Of a DNA stretch of 64,000 nt, positions 23,414-36,700 are shown piece by piece. Each line of letters starts with the position of its first letter. Within the stretch, counting starts at the first letter, position 1. Origin of the DNA: Chlorokybus atmophyticus (Eukaryota > Plantae > Mesostigma and Chlorokybus algae); assembly GCA_009103225.1 (NCBI GenBank), contig RHPI01000193.1, positions 124,001 through 188,000 on the forward strand. Direction: 5' to 3'. A program made the position numbers and the translations under genes. Under the pieces are notes generated by a model. That model saw only the letters and a program-made list of their open reading frames with translations, searched no databases and was not told where the DNA came from.

Positions 23414-26400
23414 ATATGGGATGAATGCGCAGGTTATGATCCCGTACGTTGACGAATATGAGGAGTTGGAGGAGCGACGAGCGGCGTTGGCGGACTAAGG
23501 GTTTCGCAAGTGTGATAAGTGCCGAGCAGGGAGGTGACATTGAGTGCGTGTGTGAACGGTGCTGGCGGCAAGCAGTGCTGTGTTGAGTGTTGCGACAGTG
23601 GTTGATAGGGCACGTGTGTATGGTGTAAACTTCGTAAAGTATACATACGTGTGCACTCTGCATGATACCACTATGCTTGCTATGCTCATGCCAACCACCG
23701 CACTCCAGCAACCTCAACGCTCATTTGCATAGCACAGCCAAGCCATGTGTGCGCGCGCCGGGAAGGGGGGGGGGGGTCTGCAAAACGATATTTGGCGACC
23801 NCCTGCATGCGCAATTGCATGCACATGCGCAAGGGGACACATTTGGGCTCCACATCGCTAGAGAGCAACATAAGCTCAGCACACCGGAGTGTAGAGGATA
23901 TGCGCAGTGCTGTTATGTGAGTAGCTGCTTTAACCTACATCAAAATTATGATGCATCTCTCGAAGGTAGAAAGGTATGGTGAGATCAGGTGGGACTGCAA
24001 ACTCAAACGACAACAAGTCAGTGATCACTTTGTGCGTGTGTTTACACTTGTTCGTATTGGTAAGGCAAGCAGTACTGGTGAGGTTGGTCCGATGTTGAGA
24101 CCTAGCAGAGTGAATGAAACAACACTGCCTTTAATATAAAACTCTTGCATCGTGTAGAGCGCATACCGTTATATGTACACGGGTGCAGAGTGCAGCGAGT
24201 GCATGGGTTATGTGGTGCTTAGAAGATATATGCGTGCTCGTACAAAGGGGTAGCGAGAGCACAAAGTTGTAACACATGTGTGATAGCATGCGTAACTCAG
24301 TTGCTTGTACTCACTTACGTGAAAGGAAAGCTCCGCAGGGCATTAAATGTAATCGATGTAGCAGGCGGTGGCCACAGTATCACCGATGGCGGTGGCCACA
24401 GTACCAGCGGTAGCAGTGGCACAGCCACACTGAGCCAGTCTCGCCCTAAGCCACCGTCAGGTCGCTGGCGGCTTTCTCAAGGCGGAGAGGAGGTGGTTGG
24501 CGGTTTGGTCGCCTCGCAAGTTAGGGGAGGCGGAGGCTTCGCTAGTTGGCAACCTACAGTTAGCAACTAGCACACCGTTATTGGCCTGGTGTCACGCGTA
24601 TAAGGCTGGCTAAAGTCATTCTCTGTTCCTTACTGATGTAAGTAAGATGAGACCGGGTGCGTTTTCCATATCATAAGCATGTGTAATGCTTGTGGGGTGC
24701 TTCTCACGTGATCTGCTCTTGAGCCTATGAGGCCTTGAGTGAGATAAACTACACAAGGTATTGCATATCAGCAAGCACAGAGCTGGTCGGTACCATTGAG
24801 ACATGGCCATGTGAGCCATGTGTCCGCATGTGTGTGCATATGTTTGCATGTGCATATGTCCGCATATGAGTGCATATGTGAGGATATGAGGTACGTACTA
24901 GATGTATGCATGTGTATGCATGCATGCGCATATGTGTGCATATGCGCGCATATGTATGCATAGGGATGCATAGGTATGCATGTGTGTGATGTCCTAGGCT
25001 GATATGACCAGCCAAGGACGTTCACCATGTCCGAGGCTGATGTGTGATTAGTCTTCGACATTAAACAAGAGGTCCAAGGGCTGATGTGGCAGCCCTAGAC
25101 ATGAGTTGTGGTCAACGCAGCCATGACAAGGCAAGTAGCCTTGGACTTGGATGTTCTAGGTCGGAGAGCAGCAAAGAGGGGGTATATGAACGGCCTCAAC
25201 AAGTGTTGAAGGAGCTCAGCATGTGCATACTCGACTCTTGTGTGTGGGGTGCCTAGTTTGGTTGTTCAAGGGGCTCTCCCTCTCATCCCATGTGGGGTGT
25301 GATGCTTGTGGCAGCTCTGCACATGTGTGTGGGGTGTGCTTGAGTGTGCATGTGTGTGGGAGCTGAGTAGAGAGGTTGGTGGCATCCTCTCCTTCCTTGG
25401 TGCGGTGCTGTGACTTCCCCTTCAAGGTACTTCACCGTGTGTTGCTGGTCGGGCTTCCACAAGTAAGTCCTTGTGCTTGTGCATGAGTTTGCCAAGCCGT
25501 CCAGCAAGTAAGTGAGTGGTATCGCTACACCAGGTGTGTGGCGGGAATCCCCACATTCTGCTTAATGTTGCTGAGTCTTTCCACATCACAGAGTCTTGGG
25601 ACAAAGGTAAGGTTGTGCAACTGTTGCTGGCTAGTGTTGTTAGCATGGTATGTGTAGACAGGAACGGAAATTTTTTGCGCGTGCAAGTATATGACTGCGT
25701 GCACTTGCACACCTTCAGCGCACTTATATACTGATCTTTACTGCAATGAATATAACTTACAGTAGCGATACACAATAGCAGTCTCAAGCGAAGAGGAGCC
25801 ATGCTGTGTTGCACACCATGCACAATCCATGCACAATCACGAGGCGCAAACACAAGCAAGCAATGATAAAATTAGGCAGGGGCCAAGGCAGAGCTTTACA
25901 CAATGAAGGCAACAACTAAGAAAACACCCTAGACATCTAGACCCTCTAGTAGTGGGCATTGGCAAGACAGGGTAGCATGGCAAGAGTCAACCACCTACAG
26001 AGGGCAGAGAGAGCGCACAAAGGAGAGGTGAGGCGGTGTGGGTAGCGGTGGCATCATGCAAGACGACGACGCTTGTAATGACATCGACTGCAAGGCCACC
26101 TGCGCTGGAGTGGCGGCCGCAATTTCTTGTAACCTTGGTGCGGTCTTACCAACAATGCCTGCTCGCACCCCTCAAGACCAAATAACACGCTGTCAGCTAA
26201 TGGCTGCAGCCCCCTTGTGGCTCAGCAGTCAAGTTTTAACAACTTACGCAACATAAGTCAGCAGCAGTGAGCACCGCACTTAAACCCCGCACATTGCATT
26301 AAAACAGAGTAGGAAAGTACCAAGCATGACATAACACTTGACATACATGCGGGCAGAAGTAATCTGCTCCCCGCACTCCTTACCATTCACTTACCTCACT

Positions 26401-28209
26401 TACCTGTTGGTCGGTGTCGTGGTTGCCAGCCTCTTGCACAGTAGTTGGGATAGGTGCTGTGATACACCATGCCCCTTTGCCTATGCATCCACCAGCGTAG
26501 CTTTGCCACCAGCACACTCTTAGCATAACCCTCACGTTNCGCAAATGGTCGGCTGTCAATGTATATTGACAGCCGGCTGTCCACGTACACTACGTACACT
26601 TTAACTTGACAGCCGCCGACCAGTTGCGGCTGTCCACTTGTGGCCTATATATGTATATATGGATATGTGTATACATATAAATATATGTGTATATATACAC
26701 ATATATATATATGTATACCTGCATATGTATATATATGTTGATAAATATACGTGTGTGCATGTAGGAATACACTTAAGGTATACAAGCAAAAATTATTGAC
26801 GTATTGCGGCCGCAATTTGCAGCCGTGCAATTACTTCATATCTATTATTTCATGTACATACATTGTTGTAAGTATATTGATGCGCGTACACATGTGCATT
26901 AGACCTTTCATATGCAAAATTATATACATCTTAAATAATGTATAAGAATATGATTGTACAAAGTGTTATGATTGCTGTACAATTACATAGTTTAAAAAAA
27001 TTATTATATCAAATTTACATCCATGCGTTGCGCGTGTCAATTACATATATATAGTTTGTTGGTTATTACATTATCATAATGTTGACAACCGTTAACATCA
27101 TACCATGAATACATATGTTGATGCTGTTCGCATGTTGCATTGCTAGGCGTAGTTTATGGTATGTTTGGTTTTAATGATTTGTACGAAACGAAAGCGCAAG
27201 CAATGTCAGATGTTATGACTTGTAGCCTTACTTGTATAACCTCACAAATGGCCTATAAAAGCCTCATGCGACCACAGAATCATCGACAGCCCGATAAGGT
27301 ACACTGGCTGCATTGACAGTCGCAATTTGGCTTCTATTGCTAAGCATTGTCACAATGACAGCCCCTAACAAGTCTACAAATTGTACTGGCGTATTGACAA
27401 CCGCCGAGTTCGCGGCTACCGGTATGTAGTTTGCCACCGTCCATGTAACTGGTACAGCCTATGAATGCTACAGTTGCATGGGCTCAGCCTATGGGCCTAT
27501 CAAAGTGACAATCTCCGACTGTCCATCGGCAATTACTGCCGCCGGCCGACAGTCGCCAAGCGGCGCATGCAATACACTATATGATATAGGTTGCCATGCA
27601 ACCCTACCGGTACGTGCACTTGTAGCTTAGTGGTTAGGGCGTCGTCTTTGATATGCTAAAGGTACTGGGTTCGAATCCGGCCGATGCGTGTGTTCTTGAC
27701 TAATCATTCCACTAACGCCGCGGAGCTGGCCGCGGCCTCGTGCGCCGCAGGTTGGGCGTAGCCGGTGCCGCCGGCAAAGATGTCTCAACTTTTACTGCAT
27801 TTGCACTCATATTTACATTGTTCCATAATACAATTCGGTCCATGGTCCGCTAGCCGGACCAGTTATGATTGAAATATTGTAATGATATGATTTTGTCCCT
27901 GGTCTGATGGCCGGACCATACCTGGTCCTGACGCAACAGTAATCGGCCGGACCTTCAATGCTCCGTACCAAGGGACAATGGTACCATTCACGTGAAGTTC
28001 GGACCATGCATGGTCCGACAATTTCACTTAGCAGGGGAAAATCCCGGTCCTGCGTCACGGACCATTCATGGTCCTTAAACGTCAATCCGTGTCATGCGTC
28101 CGTGTGGGCTTGCGCGTGCTAAAAGGAAACAAGCCAAAAGGACAAATTTGCAGTGTTATGTGCAAACTCGTGTAAGCCTTCTGCTGTAAACCTTTTGAAT
28201 CCTTTCGTC

Positions 28210-28360
28210 CTGCTGGGCAGGACGTTGTTGGGAGCGCTGTTATCCTCGCCAAACGGCCTATACTAGCCGGCGAACAGGTACACACAATTATATATACTGC
28301 ACCAATGCAGCTTGCCTCGCTGTGCTTTTGCACCCTCATATACATAAATATATATATACA

Positions 28361-28394
<34 letters not shown>

Positions 28395-28520
28395 ATATGG
28401 GATGAATGCGCAGGTTATGATCCCGTACGTTGACGAATATGAGGAGTTGGAGGAGCGACGAGCGGCGTTGGCGGACTAAGGGTTTCGCAAGTGTGATAAG
28501 TGCCGAGCAGGGAGGTGACA
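28210..28520 (+). pseudogene. ATXR2: Duplicated 3' exons of the ATXR2 pseudogene
   Basis: Same SAVILAKRPILAGEQ and ERRAALAD*GF exons as ~23230-23537. Confidence 0.8.
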
Positions 28521-30751
28521 TTGAGTGCGTGTGTGAACGGTGCTGGCGGCAAGCAGTGCTGTGTTGAGTGTTGCGACAGTGGTTGATAGGGCACGTGTGT
28601 ATGGTGTAAACTTCGTAAAGTATACATACGTGTGCACTCTGCATGATACCACTATGCTTGCTATGCTCATGCCAACCACCGCACTCCAGCAACCTCAACG
28701 CTCATTTGCATAGCACAGCCAAGCCATGTGTGCGCGCGCCGGGAAGGGGGGGGGGGTGTCTGCAAAACGATATTTGGCGACCGACCTTGCGTGTGAGCAT
28801 GCCTGCATGCGCAATTGCATGCACATGCGCAAGGGGACACATTTGGGCTCCACATCGCTAGAGAGCAACATAAGCTCAGCACACCGGAGTGTAGAGGATA
28901 TGCGCAGTGCTGTTATGTGAGTAGCTGCTTTAACCTACATCAAAATTATGATGCATCTCTCGAAGGTAGAAAGGTATGGTGAGATCAGGTGGGACTGCAA
29001 ACTCAAACGACAACAAGTCAGTGATCACTTTGTGCGTGTGTTTACACTTGTTCGTATTGGTAAGGCAAGCAGTACTGGTGAGGTTGGTCCGATGTTGAGA
29101 CCTAGCAGAGTGAATGAAACAACACTGCCTTTAATATAAAACTCTTGCATCGTGTAGAGCGCATACCGTTATATGTACACGGGTGCAGAGTGCAGCGAGT
29201 GCATGGGTTATGTGGTGCTTAGAAGATATATGCGTGCTCGTACAAAGGGGTAGCGAGAGCACAAAGTTGTAACACATGTGTGATAGCATGCGTAACTCAG
29301 TTGCTTGTACTCACTTACGTGAAAGGAAAGCTCCGCAGGGCATTAAATGTAATCGATGTAGCAGGCGGTGGCCACAGTATCACCGATGGCGGTGGCCACA
29401 GTACCAGCGGTAGCAGTGGCACAGCCACACTGAGCCAGTCTCGCCCTAAGCCACCGTCAGGTCGCTGGCGGCTTTCTCAAGGCGGAGAGGAGGTGGTTGG
29501 CGGTTTGGTCGCCTCGCAAGTTAGGGGAGGCGGAGGCTTCGCTAGTTGGCAACCTACAGTTAGCAACTAGCACACCGTTATTGGCCTGGTGTCACGCGTA
29601 TAAGGCTGGCTAAAGTCATTCTCTGTTCCTTACTGATGTAAGTAAGATGAGACCGGGTGCGTTTTCCATATCATAAGCATGTGTAATGCTTGTGGGGTGC
29701 TTCTCACGTGATCTGCTCTTGAGCCTATGAGGCCTTGAGTGAGATAAACTACACAAGGTATTGCATATCAGCAAGCACAGAGCTGGTCGGTACCATTGAG
29801 ACATGGCCATGTGAGCCATGTGTCCGCATGTGTGTGCATATGTTTGCATGTGCATATGTCCGCATATGAGTGCATATGTGAGGATATGAGGTACGTACTA
29901 GATGTATGCATGTGTATGCATGCATGCGCATATGTGTGCATATGCGCGCATATGTATGCATAGGGATGCATATGTATGCATGTGTGTGATGTCCTAGGCT
30001 GATATGACCAGCCAAGGACGTTCACCATGTCCGAGGCTGATGTGTGATTAGTCTTCGACATTAAACAAGAGGTCCAAGGGCTGATGTGGCAGCCCTAGAC
30101 ATGAGTTGTGGTCAACGCAGCCATGACAAGGCAAGTAGCCTTGGACTTGGATGTTCTAGGTCGGAGAGCAGCAAAGAGGGGGTATATGAACGGCCTCAAC
30201 AAGTGTTGAAGGAGCTCAGCATGTGCATACTCGACTCTTGTGTGTGGGGTGCCTAGTTTGGTTGTTCAAGGGGCTCTCCCTCTCATCCCATGTGGGGTGT
30301 GATGCTTGTGGCAGCTCTGCACATGTGTGTGGGGTGTGCTTGAGTGTGCATGTGTGTGGGAGCTGAGTAGAGAGGTTGGTGGCATCCTCTCCTTCCTTGG
30401 TGCGGTGCTGTGACTTCCCCTTCAAGGTACTTCACCGTGTGTTGCTGGTCGGGCTTCCACAAGTAAGTCCTTGTGCTTGTGCATGAGTTTGCCAAGCCGT
30501 CCAGCAAGTAAGTGAGTGGTATCGCTACACCAGGTGTGTGGCGGGAATCCCCACATTCTGCTTAATGTTGCTGAGTCTTTCCACATCACAGAGTCTTGGG
30601 ACAAAGGTAAGGTTGTGCAACTGTTGCTGGCTAGTGTTGTTAGCATGGTATGTGTAGACAGGAACGGAAATTTTTTGCGCGTGCAAGTATATGACTGCGT
30701 GCACTTGCACACCTTCAGCGCACTTATATACTGATCTTTACTGCAATGAAT

Positions 30752-33700
30752 ATAACTTACAGTAGCGATACACAATAGCAGTCTCAAGCGAAGAGGAGCC
30801 ATGCTGTGTTGCACACCATGCACAATCCATGCACAATCACGAGGCGCAAACACAAGCAAGCAATGATAAAATTAGGCAGGGGCCAAGGCAGAGCTTTACA
30901 CAATGAAGGCAACAACTAAGAAAACACCCTAGACATCTAGACCCTCTAGTAGTGGGCATTGGCAAGACAGGGTAGCATGGCAAGAGTCAACCACCTACAG
31001 AGGGCAGAGAGAGCGCACAAAGGAGAGGTGAGGCGGTGTGGGTAGCGGTGGCATCATGCAAGACGACGACGCTTGTAATGACATCGACTGCAAGGCCACC
31101 TGCGCTGGAGTGGCGGCCGCAATTTCTTGTAACCTTGGTGCGGTCTTACCAACAATGCCTGCTCGCACCCCTCAAGACCAAATAACACGCTGTCAGCTAA
31201 TGGCTGCAGCCCCCTTGTGGCTCAGCAGTCAAGTTTTAACAACTTACGCAACATAAGTCAGCAGCAGTGAGCACCGCACTTAAACCCCGCACATTGCATT
31301 AAAACAGAGTAGGAAAGTACCAAGCATGACATAACACTTGACATACATGCGGGCAGAAGTAATCTGCTCCCCGCACTCCTTACCATTCACTTACCTCACT
31401 TACCTGTTGGTCGGTGTCGTGGTTGCCAGCCTCTTGCACAGTAGTTGGGATAGGTGCTGTGATACACCATGCCCCTTTGCCTATGCATCCACCAGCGTAG
31501 CTTTGCCACCAGCACACTCTTAGCATAACCCTCACGTTGCATTGCCCACAGCAACTCCGTCATGCTTTGCACAAAGTGTGAGCGATAAGTGCTAAGACGC
31601 AGAAAGCGTATACATTGTGATACCACCACCCCAGTTTCGCTTGTTTGGCAATATCCATGCTGGGATGGGATGCTCTTCTCCGCGGAATGCCTTGGAACTG
31701 CCTGTCACTCAACTTGGAGTACACGCGTGAGCAAATGCCAATGTCCCTTGTTTGAAACAGGGTCATATCCCAAAATGCAATTGCAGTGCCTACCCCGAAT
31801 TCTGTTATTGTCAGGGTGCTGAGAGTAGATGCCCCCACCCAAAGATGCATCACCATACATATTTTTAGCAAAGTTAGGCATGTTAATGACCAACAGATCA
31901 TCAACATACCTCAGAACCGAAGTAGCCCACCTCTATAGCTGGTCGGTCAAACTTTGAGCTTCGAGCGCAGCTACAAATGTCAGTTCTTTGGATCCCAAGT
32001 ACAAGTTTGCCACGTACACCCCTGGATTATTCCAATAGGGCTACCAATTGATTGCTGATCACCCGCTGTGCTCACAGATAAGTTAGCCAGCAAATACTGC
32101 AGCAACGAGGTGACCGCCGCTGGGGTGTAGTACTTGGTTGTCCTTGTGTCACGCCGTGTGGCTGCATAGCGCACCCACGTATGCTCAACCACACCACTAG
32201 TTAGCATCAGCTTGAGCACTACATTGCCTTTGTGTTGTGATGCTGCGTGCGGAAACAACTTGTCCACCAACTGTGACATGCAAGCTAGCAAATCTGCATA
32301 GCTGATGTTGGTGTACAAGTTTGTGGAGTCATAAGTGGCCATACGCACTGGCACCAACTTATCTGTCGTAGACCTCGTTGTATTTCAATGGTGAAGAAGT
32401 CGTGTCACGCCGAGGGAGTCCTGTAGAATCCAGCTTGCATTCACCCCTGGGCTTGCCACCACACTTGCCCACAAGGTGTCAAGCACTGGCAACAGCACTT
32501 TGTAAACACGTGTCAGCTGGGTTCTCATCAAAGACAGCGTTATGTTGCACGCTGCTGCGATGAAGCGTGGCTTGGGTGGGTCTTTATACAGCTTGATGGT
32601 CATGTATAGGTGTGGCAACCGTGGTGGCTTGCTGCGGGCATCGGTATCCCAAGGATGCACTGTATTGAATATGTCTTTGCAAGACCTGACTGCGTTGCTC
32701 ATCACCAACTCATATGTGAGAGTTAGTATTTTAGCACGAAGCAATGTCAAATAGTAATGCATACAGAGGATAGTGAACACTCTGTCATGCCGGTGAAGGA
32801 CTTGAGCTATATGCTCTCATAATATGACTACAAGCAGGGGAATAACAGACTGTGGGCTGGTTGTAGGCATGAGGCAGTTAAATTTGCTTGTAGAAGCATA
32901 TCTAGACAAAAATGTCTGTTAGGTTTTGTGATGATGATGGGAAGGTAGATGAGGAAGTTATTAAGTGAGGGGAAGTGCATATGGCGAGTTACAGCTAGTG
33001 TAACCGGACATCAGCGTAACTCAGATCTGGTGGGTGTAACCGGGACTAGTATGAGAGTTGTGAGTGGGAAAGGACTGGTGGAAGGAGTGGGCAACCATCA
33101 TGGCAGTCAAGAGCTGGTTATGGAGACGGTCTACTCATTGAAGGCGTAGATCATACCTGGAGCTGGAGGAGAGCAAGTTCAAGTAGCTTTGACCATGGTC
33201 TAGTGCTTTCTTTGTTGGTTGTGCCAGATTAGGACATGTGTCATTGATTTGTTCATTGTATAAGTAGTGTGACTGAACAAATGTAGCTATTTGGTCAGCA
33301 AGTTATCATACCAAGTTGCCATACAAGTGCCATAACACTAGTGCAATACATCTTCGTGTGTTTTATGCGATTGGTGCCTTAGCTAAGATTGTTGTTGTCG
33401 TGAGTGTGTGACACAGGCACATCCCATCGTCCCTGCTCAGCAAGTACATCTACAAGGAGGAGGTCATCATCATCACCCTCGTGTAAACCGTTCACTTGCT
33501 GGTCAAATCCAGGGACTTCAGGGGTTGGTAAGACCGGTGTGTGATTGACGTGGTAGTGAGAGGTAGCATGGCTAGAGTGTTCAGTCTCGTGGAGGATGAT
33601 GCTAGCAGCACCAGCACGTTATTGTCATTCAGTGGGAGGTCAGGGACATTGTCGTTGAGGGAGTTTGTTGTGAGTTCAAGGCTGAGTGTTTGCAATGGGA

Positions 33701-36700
33701 GATACGAGACCAATCGTGGACGGAGGAGAAGGCATTCCGACTGATCCTACGATACTTAAAGCACGAGGCATACATCGTCTACGAGCAGATCGTCACCAAG
33801 AGGGAGCTTGCAGCAGCTGGCTCGGTGGAGGAACCCGCGTTGAGGTCGGGAGGAGCGCCGCCATCGACAACATCAGGTATGGAAGAGCTCTACAAGAGGT
33901 TGAAGAAAGCATTCAAGCCCATGACAGCTGCAAAGATCAAGGAGCTGACTTTATTCCAGAGGAGAGAGGGTGAGACACCAAGGATGATGTACGGGAGGAT
34001 GTACCAACTGTTGGAGGACACCGAGTACTCGATCTTGAAGGACAAAGCAGCCGCGATCATCTATGTGGAGCAGCTGGAGCAACACCTATCAAAAGGAGGT
34101 GAAGGTTGCTATGGCGGGACAAGGATTGTTGAAGGAGTACTCGTTGCAGCATGCGTTTGAGATGGCGGAAGCGGTACAGCACATGGTGGAGTATAAGAGG
34201 ACTATCCTAGCTCTAAACAGAGAGGAGAGCAGCAGCAAGGAGGCTAAGCAATCGACGACAACGACGGAGGGTGGCAACGGCGATGACAACACCGACGGGG
34301 CGGAGCTGCTACGCATGCGGTGCAGCCGACCACATTCAACGCGATTGTCCGAGGAGGGGCAGCAGCTCAAGGGAGGCTCAAGCTGATCAGTGTGGGCATT
34401 GCGGGAAGACAGGCCACATGATGGATGAGGGTTGGAGCAAGCACCCGGAGCTGAGTCCAAGTGCAGGACGAGCACGAGCGGGGCGGATGCCGACGCAGCA
34501 GGTGATGATGGCGCGAGGGAGTGCCACGGACACGACACCGACGACGGGGGCAGTCACAACCAGCAACGAGGCTTCGGCGGAAGCCGCGGCATTGCGCAAC
34601 GAAGTGAAGGAGTTGAAGGCGGCCTTGGAGCAGCTGCAGACGCGGATGCAAGGCATGCCATTTGAGTACGAAGCGTACGTGGTGTGGCGAACATGGTGTG
34701 CAGCTGACGCGGTTGGCGAGCACTTGCCCGGCAAGGGGGTGGACTGCAACGCGCGCAAGGAGCTGGTCAGGACCAGCATGGAGGTGTTTGGAGTTGAGGA
34801 GAAAGTGCAGGTGTATCATGTGGAGACCATCACGACACCGGAGCAGCAACGCAAGGTAGAGGAGAAGATGGAGGTGATGCATACAGCTGCGCGCAGCAAC
34901 GACACCTTAGTTCTCACGAGGCCGGCGGGTGCGTGTGCGCGTGTGGCCGCGAGTGGCAATGGTGGACAACAAGGCAGGACACATCAGCATCGGGAGGTAC
35001 ATTCCGTGCTCGGTGTTGCTGAACACGGCTGCGCAGCCAGTCATGTTGGGTAGGACGGCAATGGAGGCATTGCAGCTGAGCGACAACGACCTTGAGCCAT
35101 GCCCATTCACTATAGAGACATCGTTGGGGGCGAAGGAGTTTGTTTGAGGGCGTACGAAGGAGCAGCTACCTATCAAGCTGTGCGGCAACGACAAGGGGGA
35201 GAGCTGCGTTTTGTGGATGCAATGCCTTGTGACGAACTCGACATCATTTGACTTGTTGATAGGACAAGATTGCATGTATCCGGTGGGGATGTGCATTGAC
35301 GATTGGTCCGAGACAGCATGTTTTCGTCCGCGATGGAGGACTGGCAGTGGCGTGAAATCTTTCATACCCTTACGACTACACTACAGGGCACGAGGACCGC
35401 GAGGGGACGCGATGCGGCTGATGCGGAAGGAGGCAGCGAGGAGCTACGCGCACAACGATGGAGAGTGGGATTGAGACAGTGTAGTATGGAGAACTACATG
35501 TGGCGAGTACTTCGGGGACCTCAGCCTCTCCAAGGGGGGTGGGTGTAGCATGTTCACTACACATGTAGCTAGACATGCTAGTGTATGAGTAGAAGGAGGA
35601 GACATTGCATGAAGTTGGAGTGCTGTGTATGAGTAGCAGCATGATAGACATGTGCTAGTGGGTGCATCGAAGTCATATGACAGTCGAGGAGACATGGTGC
35701 GACAAATCCACTACACTTGTCCACTTCCGTGATCACAAATGCATCATGCAGCTCACGTACCAACTGTTTATCCGAAGCCATGAACACTGGCGCCACTTGT
35801 TAAGCTGCTATGGCTACTGTGTTAATGACCCCAGCAGCTGCTTTCACCCTAAGCATCACTGCAGTCGCCCAGCTCAGGAACAGATCATGGTAGCCCCATC
35901 TCTTAGCATCAGCATCAGCATAATCATATACACCGCGTGTTATGGCTGCGATGAAAGCATTGACACACAGAGCAGTTAGTGGGCGATAATTGGTTCCAGC
36001 AACCAGTAAAGAAGCCAGCGTTGTTGATTGTAACATGGCATAGTCAAATGTCACAACATGTTCCAAACTAGTTTGGACATAAGGTGCATAAGCAGCTTTC
36101 TCAAACAAGCAGACAACGTGCATGACCCCCAGCTGCTCTGCAGCACACATGTGCAAAGTAACAGCTGACCGGTTGCAGATCACTTGCCGAAGGGTGCCCT
36201 TGTACTTACAGTGAATGAGTGGAGCCTACCATGTTGGCTCCACAGCGGATGGCAGCAACAGAGCCAATGCTGAATCTGCAAGCAACTGTGGCAAATTGAT
36301 TAAATCAGCCACAGCACTAAGGAAATCATTGTGTATCACAAACTGCTTGTTTGCCCCCTATCGTGGGTACCTGGTGTAGGCTGTTTGCACCTCCAACTTT
36401 AGGACACCTTGTATAAACCGGACCTATGCCTCCCTAAGGTATAGCTTCGCTGAAGTGGACTTATGAATCAAATTGAGCATGCGGTACAAGTTACGACGTA
36501 TGTACTCTTTCAGGTGCTCTGCTTTGAACACACCCTCTTGCATGCGACGTCCCAAGTATGCGTCGTGTGTAATCCCTGTATGCATATACTCTTGACGCAC
36601 AGTCATAACATGTTGACGCATTTGCATGCGTGCTCGCCTGTGTGCAGCCCTGGGTCTCTTACAGGTCTTGGTCTCCTTGTTGTAGCCCAATGGTTGGTGC

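Larger units (their letters stand above)
19459..23537 (+). pseudogene. ATXR2: Unprocessed pseudogene of a SET/MYND histone methyltransferase, ATXR2/SMYD5 type
   Basis: Collinear exon remnants: GVFAARDFGEGDVLV..SA*HFANK (TAG 19527); HCFQYMGSIEQQISRR; KLPFTKVFSFRNSVACPGGCEE; VWDFCHQLLCNG; HANKTNDIFHVAAQ; YESIISSFELNNL; MVVESLLQRYFLHMDD; LLLDALGPYADHCK; MCFFTIQSCMNHSCNPNAHA (SET motif ~21025-21090); SAVILAKRPILAGEQ; IPYVDE..ERRAALAD*GF..CDKC. These match plant ATXR2 as I recall it. Several stops, frameshifts and a TE insertion. Confidence 0.88.
21584..31538. repeat. ~5 kb tandem duplication (21584-26538 and 26540-31538)
   Basis: Identical ORFs recur at offsets 4981-5000. The junction is a single N (26539). 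Another single N at 23801 replaces 19 bp present in copy 2. The first ~2.2 kb has several SNPs/indels; the remainder is nearly identical. Confidence 0.95.

Noticed and set aside
24660-24740. Hammerhead-like CTTATGA..GAAA and CCTATGAGGCC near the PLE
   Set aside because: Core mismatched; stems I-III cannot be formed.
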